Part shown: one piece after another, positions 12,607-25,445 of the stretch
Layout: each line of letters begins with the position of its first letter
Position numbering within the stretch: the stretch's first letter is position 1
DNA from: Camelus dromedarius
Lineage: Eukaryota
Direction: 5' to 3'
Assembly (NCBI RefSeq): GCF_036321535.1
Contig: NC_087437.1
Coordinates: 69,070,001 to 69,134,000, forward strand
Length of the DNA stretch: 64,000 nucleotides
The notes under the pieces: model-generated
Databases searched by the model: none
Told to the model about the DNA's origin: nothing
What the model saw: only the letters and a program-made list of their open reading frames with translations
Program-made: the position numbers and the translations under genes

Positions 12607-14990
12607 ACTTTATTGAGTCTAACTGATTTTTAATACACTACATATTTAAAGTGTACAATTTGCTGGGGTTTGACATATGTGTATACACCTACGAAACCAT
12701 CACTACGATCAAAATAACCTTTCCATCACCTCCAAGTTTCCTCCTGCTCATTTGTAATGCATTCCTGTTCTAACCCCTATCCTTAGGCAACCACTGATCT
12801 GCTAATTTCTTTTTCAGAAATTTATCTAAATGGATTCATCCAGGATGTATTCTTTTTGTCTGGCTTTTTCTACTCAACATAATGATGCTGAATTTTTGTA
12901 TACAGGAATAAATTTTATTTCTGAGTAGTATTACATGCATAAATATAATATAATCTGTTCATTTAGTCACCTCTTGATGGAAATTTGGGTTGTGTCCAGT
13001 TTTAAGCTATTACAAATTAAGCGGCTATGAATACTGATGCACAAGGCTTTATGTAGACATATGTTTTCATTTTTCTTGGGTAAAATACCTATGTGTAGAA
13101 TGAGAGGATCATAAAAGAATTATATGTTTAACTTTCCAAGAAACTACTACAGCATTTTTCAAAATTGTTTTAGCATTTTGTATTTCACCCACCAGCATAT
13201 GAAAATTCCAGTTGCTCCACATTCTGGCCAATCCAGAAAGTGTGTAGTGATATCTCATTGTGGGTTTAATTTGCAGTTGACTAATGATGTTGAGTAAATG
13301 TTTATGTGCTTAATGGCTACGTTTAAATATTTTGTCCATGTTTTAGTGTGCTCATCTTATCGAGTTGTAAGATTCCTTTATCTATTCCATGTACAATTTC
13401 TTTGCCTGTAAATATCTTTCCCAATCTAGGGCTTGCATCTTCTGTCTCTTAATGGAATTTTTTGAAGAATAAGTTTCCAATTTCAGTAAAGTTCAATGTA
13501 CCAAGTTTTATTTCATGTTTTATGCTTTTTGTGGTCTACGTAAGATACTTTAAACTACTCCAAGGTCACAAAGCCTATCACTTTTATTTATATTTAAAAG
13601 TTTTATGGTTTTAAATTTTATATTTAGGGCTATGATCCATTTCAAGTTAATTTTTGTAGATGATTTGAAGTAAGAGTTAATTGTTTTCTCCTATATAGAT
13701 ACCCAGCTGTTCCCTCACCATTTGTTGAAAAGACGTATCTTCCCCTATCAGAACTGCTTTGGCATCTTTGAGGAAAATCATTTTATTATGTATGTGTGGA
13801 TTCACTTCTGCACTCTATTCTGTGCCATTGTTATATACGTCCTTCTTTTCACAAATATCAAACTGTTGATGACCATTAGCCTTACAATTAGTTTTGAAAT
13901 GAAGTTCAGCATGTCCTTAATTATAGTTCTTTTTAAAAATTGTTCTGCTTTCCTAGGTCCATTGCATTTCCATCTAAATTTTAGAATTGACTTGTCAACT
14001 TCTACCCAAAAAATCTCTGGAATTTTTATGGAGATGGTGTCAACTCTAAAGGGAGATTTGGGGAAAACTGCTATCTTAAAAAACATGAGTCTTTAAGTCA
14101 ATGAACATGGTAGATTTCTCTATAATTTGGATCTATAATTTCTCAAAGAAATGTTTTGTAGTTTTGTCTGTAGAGAAAGGTGGAACACCTTTCTAAGTGT
14201 ATGCTTTTTTGGTTTGTTTGTTTTTAGTGCTATTGTAAATGGAATTTTAAAAGCAAGTTACTTTCCCATGTCTGTTCTTAATTTACAAGAATACAATTGT
14301 TTTTTATATTAACTGTGAGCGCTATGATACTGCTAAATTTATTTATTTTAGAAATTATTTCATAGATTTCTTGGAACTGTCTATGAAAACAGTCATACCA
14401 ACTGCAAGTAGGGATAGTGCTTCTTTCTGAAACTTTCTGCTTTCTACTGTTAATATGGTAGATCACTTTGATTTTTCAAGTGTTTCCACTTTACATTTCT
14501 GTAATAAACCTCACTTACTCATATGTTAACATCTATACCTGCTATATATATGACTTAATTTTCTAATATTTTGTTAAAAAATTTTACATCTATATTTATG
14601 AGTGACATTAGCCTGTAAGTTTTTTGTTCACTATGTCTTTGCCAGATTTTAGTGTTAGGTTTATACTGGCCTCATTAAACAAGTGTTTATTCCATCTCCA
14701 TTCTCTGGAAAAATATGTGTAAGAAAATTTTTTTTCTTTCTAGTGTGTCTGATAGAATTCATTAGTGAAACTACTAGTATCTGGAGTTTTCTTTTAGAAA
14801 AAAAAGGTTTTTGATAACAACATAGTGCTGATTTTGATAAACTGTACTTCTAATACATTTGACCATTTCATCTAAGTTATTTAATTTGTTGTTTGTTGTT
14901 ACCATCATTTTTGTGTATAGGATTTTTGGTGATAACCTCTAGGGCTATATCGATTTTGATAACCTTCTCAACCAACTTTTGGCTTTTGGA
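12607..14990 (-). mobile_element. Old L1M (L1MC/MD-like) fragment: 3'UTR and degraded ORF2
   Basis: 3' end atatttaaagtgtacaattt...gaaaccatcactac. ORF 13802-14086 resembles ORF2 (FRVDTISIKIPEIFWVEVDKSILKFRWKCNGPR). Confidence 0.88.
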
Positions 14991-15009
14991 AACTTTCTAT
15001 ACTTTCTAG

Positions 15010-15310
15010 CAGTCTCCTCCCCCGCCCCCTCCCCCTGCTCACTGGCTCACTGCTAGAGGAGGTAGCGCTGCTAGTGACCAGCCACTACCTTCTGTGGCAT
15101 CACCGCCCCAGCTGGTGCCACTTACCTCACTCTGCTGCCTCCTCCATGGTCTAATCCACCCAGTTTCAGATGCACCGATGGATGGATCTCTTGAGTGTCC
15201 TAATATGGTGTGCAGAGGTGGTTTTTGGTTTGGTTATGGATGTCCATTAACTGTAAATCAAATGAGAGAAAAAGGGAACTATTCATGGCACCATAATGCT
15301 GACCTCACCC
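15010..15310 (-). mobile_element. Probable isolated L1 5'UTR start fragment
   Basis: GC-rich island. The minus strand begins GGGTGAGGTCAGCATTATGGTG, resembling L1 starts of the GTGACGTCAGCATCATGGCG type as I recall them. Confidence 0.45.
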
Positions 15311-16179
15311 TGAGCTTAGTTTCTCCTTACTCCTCCAACTCCTGTGTCTATTTTGAAAACCAGTATTTATATACTCATTTTGAGATTCTAAAGGGAGGCA
15401 ACCATTTCCACTTCAGGTCTATATAAATATTAAGAGGTTTTTGTTAAATTTTATCTAGGGACCCCAGAACTTAAACAAATATGACCAATTAGGGTAAGTG
15501 TTCTGTAATGCGTATGTCCCATAATTAGCCACATTCTGCAAGGAGGCCTAAAAACTGATCCCAGTATCTATTTTGAACTTCTTAAAACACAGTAAACTCT
15601 GTTTTTATGGGGAGGGCATGGTCCTTTTCTAGATATCCACAAGTGACACTGGTGGAACAGAGTTGTTTCTAATTAAAGTGCTGTGCTTTTGTTGAGTTTC
15701 TGGCATTATCAGTCTTTGACCTACCTAAGACTCTCTAAATGAAGATTATAAAGTAGTTTTCATTGAATGTGTAACAACAAACAGCTTTACCCAACCTTTC
15801 TATATCTAAGTGCCATGTCAGAAACTTGTTAGGGAGAATGATTCGTGGTAAGGCTGCAGGGCTATGGTAGTTTTGAGTCCATTTTTTTGTGAAACCGGGG
15901 TGGGGACAAGTTGTTATATCTGTATTAGACAGATAGATGTTTAAAGGAGGTTATCAAATACTATTCTGACAGGACCATATCATTTTGAACACAGTCATAG
16001 TTAGCTCAATTCAGCCACAGTTAAAGTAGGAAAGATCTCTGCTTTTAAAATACTGCCTCCCTAAATTTGGACTGACAGAAATAATACCTGATGCTATGTA
16101 AGCAACAATGTAGGTCATGTACCACGATGCTCCATACCCTCGCTCTGGCGCTGCTCTTGTTATTCTTGTCTCTTTGCTT

Positions 16180-16300
16180 GTCATTCTTCCAGACAGCTTG
16201 TAAGCTCCCTGAAGGAAGAAATCATGTATTGTTCATCTTTCTATTCCCAGAGTGTAATGTAATACATGGCACAAAGTAGGTTCTCATACTTTTTAAATTA
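16180..16300 (+). mobile_element. L2 3' end fragment
   Basis: tgtaagctccctgaaggaagaaatcatgtattgttcatctttctattcccag...catggcacaaagtaggttctc. Confidence 0.75.
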
Positions 16301-16599
16301 ATTAAAAAACAGTACCAAAAGGCTACAACTAAAAACACAATTAGCCAATGCTTTCTATAATGAATCTGAATGGACTGTAGATATCTAATCTGTTCTTCAT
16401 ATTTAAAATCTCATGTAAGCTTTATATGCTAACTGGTGGAACTACCAAGAGGAAATAAAAGTAATGCAACTTTCAGAATCTCCTTCCTAGAAGATACTGG
16501 GAAGATTATCAGATCTTTTATAGATTTTATTTAATTGAATTACATAATTCTAGTTCTTCGGGGAGACCAAATAGACTATAAGGAGGATGTTCTACGTAT

Positions 16600-16690
16600 T
16601 TTGGCAACTGCTTTGTCTTCAGTGCCAATAACAGTGCCTGGCACATAGTAGGTATTTAATATATAACTGCTGAATTAATCACTGAGCCTT
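16600..16690 (+). mobile_element. L2 3' terminal fragment
   Basis: cagtgccaataacagtgcctggcacatagtaggtatttaatatataactgctgaat. Confidence 0.7.
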
Positions 16691-16914
16691 TTTGTTAGTT
16701 TGCACTCAGTCTCTTTCTAAAAATGATACAGGGAAACTTATACAAATGGATACAAATATAAAATGTATAAAAATAAGGTAAGGAGAAAACGGGAACAAAG
16801 TAAGTGGACAAAGGGTAAGACAAGTGTACAAAAATACATGTGCTGTTCTACAGTTGTTAGATATTATCCTCTTTTTTTATTCTTCCCTTATTGATGTCAA
16901 AACCAAACTAGTAA

Positions 16915-17350
16915 TACTGGAGTAGGTGCTATCAGTGCTCCGCCCACGTTGCCTAAACCTTTCAATACGTTCCAGCCAGCATGCTGGTGACCATACCTAC
17001 GTCTGGGTCTAGGACTCTTTCCCCTAGAATTTCGGAAAGCAGATAGAAATGCTGAGAACTTAACACCCCAGAGCAGCCTCAACCAAAGACAAGCAATGGC
17101 TGGTATACAAATATCCCTACTCCCCCATCACTTGGGAATGACTGTTCTAAGGCATGGGTTTTCCTCATTTCCCAGAGTCTCTCTGTGAGATTAAGTTTCA
17201 GTAGCCTACTGTGGCAACTTGTTCATCTCCTTCCATTTTCTAAATCCCTTCACCACTTCTTTGCCAGTGTTGTCTGCCCTTTCTGAATACTTTATTTTTA
17301 CTCTAATCCTTGTCTCAGAGGGTGTTTCTTGGAAAAGTCAAAATAAGATG
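16915..17350 (+). mobile_element. ERVL solo LTR (LTR16-like)
   Basis: cccagagcagcctcaaccaa...gagattaagtttcagtagcc...aatccttgtctcagagggtgtttcttggaaaagtcaaaataagat resembles the LTR16 family body and 3' end. Confidence 0.65.
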
Positions 17351-18789
17351 GACCTATAAATCAAAATGAGATTCCAAATATGAAAAGGATAAAATAAGCC
17401 ATTATGGCAGGAAGAACACTTTTCTGAAAAAAAGCATCTTCATGGATACTTCTTAAGTGGGAAGTGGGTGATATGTAAAACACCACCTTTGATGACACTG
17501 ATCAGGCAATGTCTCTGACTCCTATGACCATGATGGCCTCTCACTATGAGAAGAATTTGAGGAGGGAAAAAGAACATTATTTAATACATCTACTAATAGC
17601 AAAGCTCCCTACTTTTTATTCTGGATTCTCTATAAATTAGGATTAGTATTATTCTATTTTTGCTAACTTGATTACCATTCCATTTTCAGCCCAGTCCTCG
17701 TGTACTTTTGTCACTTTGGTTTTACTCATTAGAAAGCTGCTGCTCATTAGGTACTTCGTTACCATTTGGGCTGACACACTGCTTGCTTTCCAAGTCTCTC
17801 TACATATTTGGTGTCACACATTTTCCTTGTAAATTTACCTTTAGAATAAAATTTGTCATACATGATCCCTGTGGAGGTGAGCAGCCTTTCCTTTGCTATT
17901 TCCTGGGAAAAGAAAAGAAATAATAAAGGAAAGGATGATGTGCTGACACACTGAATACTTAAGCCAGACACCTCATTAATGCACCTAGAAGTTTTTGATC
18001 ATGAGTCTGAGGGACAGGGCTAGTCCTTTGTGTGTTTGCTTGGACACAACTAGTTGTCATGTCACCTAAGCATCTGCCATACAATTCTAGCAAGTAACTG
18101 TACTTAACTTTTCTATACTCTTGTTTCTTTTGCCATCCCCTACTTATTCAATAAAAACAGGAAAACTACATTTCAGGAAGGTAAGAGTTAACAAAGAACT
18201 AAATGGAATGAGAGATTCAGGCCATGCTTAGACAACTGAAAATAAGCAGATTGTGCCATAGCTGGTCTAGTTATTTTAGCTTCTTTGACAGCTTGTTTAG
18301 AGCACCGTTGTCTAGCTGTGATTAATTGTTTGGCTATCACTTGCTAATATGGCAGAGGAAAAGAAGGGAAGAAAAAGAATCAACTATGGTGCTGCAGATT
18401 AGGCATGTCATATAAACATAGCAAAAATTTGAGTTTATAGACTCAAAGTGAAATATATTGCTGAATAATTAAATGGTGACTAAGTGTTAACCACCAGTGT
18501 GGAAAATTCAGCATTTCTCATCACCTACCACCCTCTTTGCTCTCCCTTCCCCAGCAATTCTCCTCTTCACACATCTGAATATATGCTCTCTTTGGCAGGT
18601 ACCAAAGCTGTCAGTTTGCTTATATGGTAAACACTATAGCTAAGTGTTAAGGAAGAAATGGCACTTGCCTCTATCTAATTTAGGTAAGGCAGTATCAGTC
18701 AGAATCTTAGAAAGAAGTAGGTTAAGAGGATAGGTCCTTGGGGGTGGAGGTCAACGTAGAGTTGGAGAGTACAAGGACTATTATAGATG

Positions 18790-18990
18790 ATTTTATTAAT
18801 AATAAGCATTCATTGAAATCTCACTCAGTGCTAACCTCACTACTAAGCCCACTTTATGCCATTATTTTAAGGCAAAAATGTAACTGTCCCTCCTTATAAC
18901 TGAGGCAGAAAAATTAGTTGTCATAGGGTAAATGGTAGAGTTATAATTTTTACTCAGACAGACAGATTCCAGAACCAACAGTCTGAAAAG
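18790..18990 (-). mobile_element. MIR SINE fragment (reverse)
   Basis: aataataagcattcattga...ctaagcccactttatgcc...aactgaggcaga...gattccagaacc. Confidence 0.5.
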
Positions 18991-19744
18991 AGCCCTCATA
19001 TTCAGGGAGCCAGGAGAATGTGGCTGATGGGCAGCTCATTAGAAGATGAGGGAAGAGCAAGAAGAATCTGTAACTCTTCAATAGCTGGGTCTGAGGAAAG
19101 AAAAATGTTGGGTTCCAACACTTCCAGAATTTCAAACATTACCAAAGAAGTTATTTCCCAGGAACCCAAGAAAGATGAGTATTGCAACAGGAATGGCTTG
19201 AATCTAGGTATCCAAGTTAGATATTCAAGAAAACCTTTTGTAGCAACTAAGTAAAAAGATGATATCTGTCCATGCTTGTTTAGTATCTTATGAATGGACT
19301 TCCCAGGAATCATCAGCAAATTAAGAATAGATCCTTCATTGAGCCTAGGTCTTCCATTTTCCTCAACCCTGGATTGTTTCTGAGTTGTGGACTCATTTCT
19401 AGGAGGGTAAGACAACTAAGGTGCGGGATGTTTACTTAGCATGGGGCATTAAGCCCATTGCTTTTCATGAGGTTTTGCATTAAATTTACTTCAAATATTG
19501 TTTCAAATCCTAGCTTTAATCTGTCCATGTTGTTAAGAACAGAACAACAAGTTTTCTTTTGCTAGGTAATTCAGGTAGCTGCAGAGGAGGTTAGGGAAGA
19601 ACAAGTTTAGTATTTTTGAATGGAACAATATTGAACAATGAGCAGAGACCATTTTTTTAAGTCAATGGATGGGGGAAATATGGTAATTTATGTATTGTAA
19701 TTTTTAGATGCTTTGTAGGAAAAAGAAAGATTTGAGAAACGTTA

Positions 19745-19940
19745 CACATGCTTTTCTTCTCTTGGATATTTGCAATGCATATTTATACATAAAAGTCCTA
19801 AAGAGTCCTTCAGTAAAGAAATCCTATTAATTTTGTTTAGCCCATTGTTTCCCAAAGGTATTTGAGACACGTAATATATTTTTAGATAATGCTTTTTAAT
19901 ATCTAACTGTTGAAACTTACATCACATTTTGGGAAAAATT
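19745..19940. mobile_element. hAT-Charlie-type DNA transposon remnant
   Basis: ttgcaatgcatatt...agtccttcagtaaagaaatcctattaattttgtttagccca.tgtttcccaaa...cacattttgggaaa. Confidence 0.5.
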
Positions 19941-21267
19941 TGTATGATTAGATCATTTTACAGATGAAGAAATTAAGAGGTAAATCAGACGTAGATAAAA
20001 ATATTATTGACTGAGTCCTCACCATGTGCCATGCAGTATTCTAGGTGCATCTATTCTAATGATGAAGATCTCTGCCTTTATAGAGGTCGATATTCCTCGT
20101 GACAGGTTGTCTTCTCCAGCCAGTACTGGAAAACAGAACAGCCTCATTGATAATCAAGAGACTTCAGTCTGTGACTTACAGAGCCTTCTCAAGAATCAAA
20201 CTGATATTTCAAAGAGATTAAAAACTGAAGGGAACATATGATATCCCTTCAAATCTAAGACTTCAGATTTAATGAAGTCTGTATCAGAATGAGATATGAG
20301 TAAGATATCAAATTACATTTGTTTAGTCCAACATAGCCTAATCAGTCACATTTAATAAATATTTATCTTGTTTTAATCGCCATTTAGTATGTTTCAGTGG
20401 TCACATCTCTCTAAATGGTTTATTTATTAGATATGATTTCCATCTCTAATCTATTCATCTTTTTTATTTTTATAATTCAAATTTATTTGGCCTACTTCTG
20501 CAATGTTCATTGTGTTTTGGGCTGATTTTGAAATATAAATTCCTACATTTTAACGATAACTCATTACTAAGTAACATAATTTTGGTATTGATGTCCTATA
20601 GTACAATGACAAACTGCAGACGTGGCATTCATCATTGCTGGATTTAGTTCTTAAAGGTGTAGTGATCTTGTAGTAGTTAAGCTTCTCAATTAGACCAAAA
20701 TTACAAAGCATGATAATTTATATAAATGTAATCAACACTAATATTATATATTATGCATTTGATACAATTCTCAGATTTTAATTAGTTAAATGGTAAATAA
20801 AAATACTAAGCAATTTCAAGGCATGTCATCATTCTGGGAGTCTAGGCAAAGTACATATTAAGGCTTGGGCTTTTTGGCACTTTTGAATTCCAATCTGCTT
20901 GATAGTTTTATTGTTGATATTATTTTCTAATGAAATGTGTTGGGTTTTCATTATTTTTTAACTTTTTTTTATTGATTTATAATCATTTTACAATGTTGTG
21001 TCAAATTCCAGTGTAGAGCACAATTTTTCAGTTATACATGAACATACATATATTCATTGTCACAATTTTTTCTCTCTGAACTACCACAAGATCTTGTGTA
21101 TATTTCCCTGTGCTATACAGTATAATCTTGTTTATCTGTTCTACAATTTTGAAATCCTGTCTATCCCTTCCCACCCTCTACCCCCTTGGCAACCACAAGT
21201 TTGTATTATATGTCTTTGAGTATGTTTCTGTTTTGTATTTATGCTTCGTTTGTTTTTGTTTTTGTTT

Positions 21268-24200
21268 TTAGATTCCACATATGAGCGATCTCATATGGTA
21301 TTTTTCTCTTTCTGGCTTACTTCACTTAGAATGACATTCTCCAGAAGCATCCATGTTGCTGCAAATGGCGTTATGTTGTTGATTTTTATGGCTGAGTAGT
21401 ATTCCATTGTGTAAATATACCACCTTTTCTTTATCCAGTCATCCGCTGATGGACATTTAGGCTGTCTCCATGTCTTGGCTATTGTAAATAGTGCTGCTAT
21501 GAACATTGGGGTGCAGGTGTCATCCTGAAGTAGGGTTCCTTCTGGATATATGCCCAGGAGCGGGATTCCTGGGTCATAGGGTAAGTCTATTCCTAGTCTT
21601 TTGAGGAATCTCCATACTGTTTTCCACAGTGGCTGCACCAAACTGCATTCCCACCAGCAGTGTAGGAGGGTTCCCCTTTCTCCACAGCCTCTTCAGCATT
21701 TGTCATTTGTGGATTTTTGAATGATGGCCATTCTGACTGGTGTGAGGTGATACCTCATTGTAGTTCTGCTTTGCATTTCTCTGATAATTAGTGATATTGA
21801 GCATTTTTTTCATGTGCCTATTAATCATTTGTATGTCTTCCTTGGAGAATTGCTTGTTTAGGTCTTCTGCCCATTTTTGGATTGGGTTGTTTGGTTGTTT
21901 CTTATTAAGTCGTATGAGCTGCTTTTATATTCTGGAGATCAAGCCTTTGTCGGTTTCATTTGCAAACATTTTCTCCCGTTCCGTAGGTTGTCTTTTTGTT
22001 TTACTTATGGTTTCCTTTGCTGTGCAGAAGCTTGTAAGTTTAATTAGGTCCCATTTGTTTATTCTTGCTTTTATTTCTATTGCTTGAGGAGACTGTTCTA
22101 GGAGAACATTTTTGAGATGTATGTTAGATAATGTTTTGCCTATATTTTCTTCTAGGAGGTTTATTGTATCTTGTCTTATGTTTAAGTCTTTGATCCATTT
22201 TGAGTTTATTTTTGTGTATGGTGTAAGGGAGTGTTCTAGCTTCATTGTTTTACATGCTGCTGTTCAGTTTTCCCAACACCATTTGCTGAAGAGACTGTCT
22301 TTACTCCATTGTATATTCTTGCCTCCTTTGTCGAAGATGAATTGACCAAAAGTTTGTGGGTTCATTTCTGGGCGCTCTATTCTGTTCCATTGGTCTGTAT
22401 GTCTGTTTTTGTACCAATACCGTGCTGTCTTGATGACTGTAGCTCTATAGTATTGTCTAAAGTCTGGGAGAGTTATTCCTCCAGCCTCTTTCTTTCTCTT
22501 CAGTAATGGTTTGGCAATTCTAGGTCTTTGATGGTTCCATACAAGTTTTATTATGATTTGTTCTAGTTCTGTGAAGTATGTCCTGGGTAATTTGATAGGG
22601 ATTGCATTAAATCTGTAGATGGCCTTGGGCAGTATGACCATTTTCACAATATTGATTCTTCCAATCCAAGAGCATGGGATATCTTTCCATTTTTTAAAGT
22701 CTTCTTTAATTTCCCTCATCAATGGTTTATAGTTTTCTGTGTATAATTCTTTCACCTCCTTGGTTAGATTTATTCCTAGGTATTTTATTACTTTGGGTGC
22801 TATTTTAAAGGGGATTGTTTCTTTACTTTCTTTTTCTGTTGATTCATCGTTGGTGTAAAGAAATGCAACCGATTTTTGAACGTTAATCTAGTAACCTGCT
22901 ACCTTGCTGAATTCTTCCAGTAGTTTTTTTGTGTGGACCTTTTAGGGTTTTCTATATATAGTAACATGTCGTCGGCATATACTGACACTTTTATCTCTTC
23001 TTTTCCAATTTGGATCCCTTTTATTTCTCTCTTGTCTGACTGCTGTGGCTAGGACTTCCAAGACTACGTTGAATAGGAGTGGTGATAGTGGGCATCCTTG
23101 TCTTGTCCTAGGTTTTAGTGGGAAGCTTTTCAATTTTTCACTGTTGAGTACTATGCTGGCTGTAGGTTTGTCATATATAGCTTTTATTATGTTGAGATAT
23201 GTTCCCTCTGTACCCACTTTGGTAAGAGTTTTTATCATAAATGGGTGTTGAATTTTATCAAATGCTTTTTCTGCATTGATTGAGATGATCATGTGGTTTT
23301 TGTCCTTTCTCTTGTTGATGTGATGTATTACATTGATAGATTTGCATATGCTGAACCACCCTTGTGTCCCTGGGATGAACCCCATTTGGTCATGAGGTAT
23401 AATCTTTTTTATGTGTTGTTGGATTCTATTTGCTAATATTTTGGTGAGGATTTTGGCGTCTATGTTCATCAGTGATATTGGCCTATAATTCTCTTTTTCG
23501 GTAATGTCTTTGCCTGGTTTTGGTATCAGGGCGATGGTGGTTTCATAGAATGAGCTTGGGAGTATTCCCTCTTTTTCAATCGTCTGGAAGAGTTTGAGAA
23601 GGAGTCGTATGAGTTCTTCTTTGTATGTTTGGTAGAATTCCCTGGTGAAGCTGTCCAGTCCTGGACTTTTATTTGTAGGGAGGTTTTTTAATTGCTATTT
23701 TGATTTCATTTCTAGTGATCAGTTTGTTCAAGTGGTCAGTTTCTTCTTGATTCAGTCTTGGTGGACAGTATGTTTCCAGAAACTTGTCCATTTCCTCTAG
23801 GTTATCCAGTTTGGTTCCATATAGTTTTTCATAATATTCTCATATGATATTCTGTATTTCTATTTTATTTGTTGTAATTTCTCCATTTTCCTTTCTTATT
23901 TTGCTAATTTGTGCTGTCTCTTTTTTCTTCTTTGTGAGTTTGGCCAGAGGTTTGTCGATTTTATTTACTTTTTCAAAAAACCAGCTTTTGGTTTGATTGA
24001 TTTTTTTCCTATGGTCTTTTTAATCTCTATTTTATTTATTTCCTCCCTAATCTTTATAATTTCCTTCCTTCTGCTGCCTTTTGGGGTTTTTTGTTCTTCT
24101 TTTTCTAGTTCATTCAGCTGGTGGGTTAAATTGTTTATTTGAGATTGTTATTTTTTGAGGAAGGCCTGTATCACTATAAACTTCCCTCTTAGCACTGCCT

Positions 24201-25081
24201 TTGCTGTGTCCCATAAATTTTGTGTGGTTGTGCTTTCATTGTCATTTGTCTCAAGGTATTTTTTAATTTCAGCTTTGATTTCCTCATTGACCCATTGGTT
24301 TTTTAATAACATATTGTTTAATCTCCATGCCTACCTTTTGTTCTCCTTTGTTTCTCTGTTGTTGATTTCCAGTTTCATGGCACTGTGGTCAGTAAAGATG
24401 CTTGAGATAATTTCAATCTTCTTAAAATTGCTGAGGTTTCTTTTGTGCCCAAATACATGATCAATCCTGGAAAGTGTTCCATGTGCATTTGAAAAGAATG
24501 TCTATCCTATTTTGGGGGGGTGTAATGCTCTGAAAATATCCACCAAATCTAATTTTTCTATTGTATTATTTAATTTTTCTGTTGCCTTGTTTATTTTCTG
24601 TCTGGAAGATCTGTCTAGTGATGTTAATGTGGTGTTAAAATCTCCAACTATGATTGTATTCCCATCAATATCCCCCTTTATCTCTGTCAGTAATTGTTTT
24701 ATGTGCTTAGGTGCTCCTATATTGGGTGCATATATATTAACGAGTGTAATATCCTCATCTTGTGTCACTCCTTTAATCATTATAAAATGTCCTTCTTTAT
24801 CTTTCTTTATGGCCTTTGTTTTAAAGTCTATTTTGTCTGAAATCAGTACTGCAACACCTGCTTTTTTGGCTTTTCCATTTGCATGGACTATCCTTTTCCA
24901 TCCTTTCACTCTCAATCTATATGTGTCTTTCTCCCTAAAGTGGGTCTCTTGTATGCAGCATATTGAAGGTTCTTGCTTTATTATCCAGTCTGCCACTCTA
25001 TGTCTTTTGACTGGAGCATTTAGTCCATTAACATTTACAGTAATTAATGATAGATGTGTGTTTATTTGTGTTTATTGCCAT
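21268..25081 (-). pseudogene. L1 ORF2 (endonuclease/reverse transcriptase), disrupted
   Basis: EN domain (ICCIQETHF, NIYAPN, IVGDFNT), RT ([16 protein letters not shown] at 22968-22979) and C-terminal ...SLICGI*. Lesions include a 10-bp duplication at codon ~5, stops at 24502-24504 and 22264-22266, and several frameshifts. Confidence 0.95.
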
Positions 25082-25445
25082 TTTGAACTTATCTTTGCAG
25101 TTCCTCTTTGTTCCTTTCTTCTTCCTTTTGTGGTTTGGTAATCTTCCTTTGTATTATCATGGATTTTATTTAGTTTTTGTGACTTCCTTCTAAGTTTTTG
25201 GCTTGTGGTTACCCTTTTCTGTAAGTCTGTTAGCCCATTACTATATCTCAAACCCATCCTACCAAAAACAAAAATTTAAAAAAGAAAGAAAAAAAAAATA
25301 CTCTATTTTCTTTCTTCCCTCTCCCACTCTTAATGATTTCGATGTCTTCTTTTACAATTTCGTGTTTATTTTATTTGTAATTCATGAGTTATCACCTTTC
25401 CAGTTATGAGTTTCTCATTTCTGTAGCATCCTGCTGCTTTTCTAT

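Noticed and set aside
19002..19415. 137-aa and 78-aa ORFs in apparently unique DNA
   Set aside because: No recognisable homology or splice framing. Partly resembles decayed L2.
20280..20940. AT-rich unique block that might be a conserved non-coding element
   Set aside because: Conservation cannot be judged from a single sequence and there is no diagnostic motif.
24512..25141. 209-aa plus-strand ORF, the longest in the track
   Set aside because: It is the antisense shadow of the L1 ORF2 endonuclease region.
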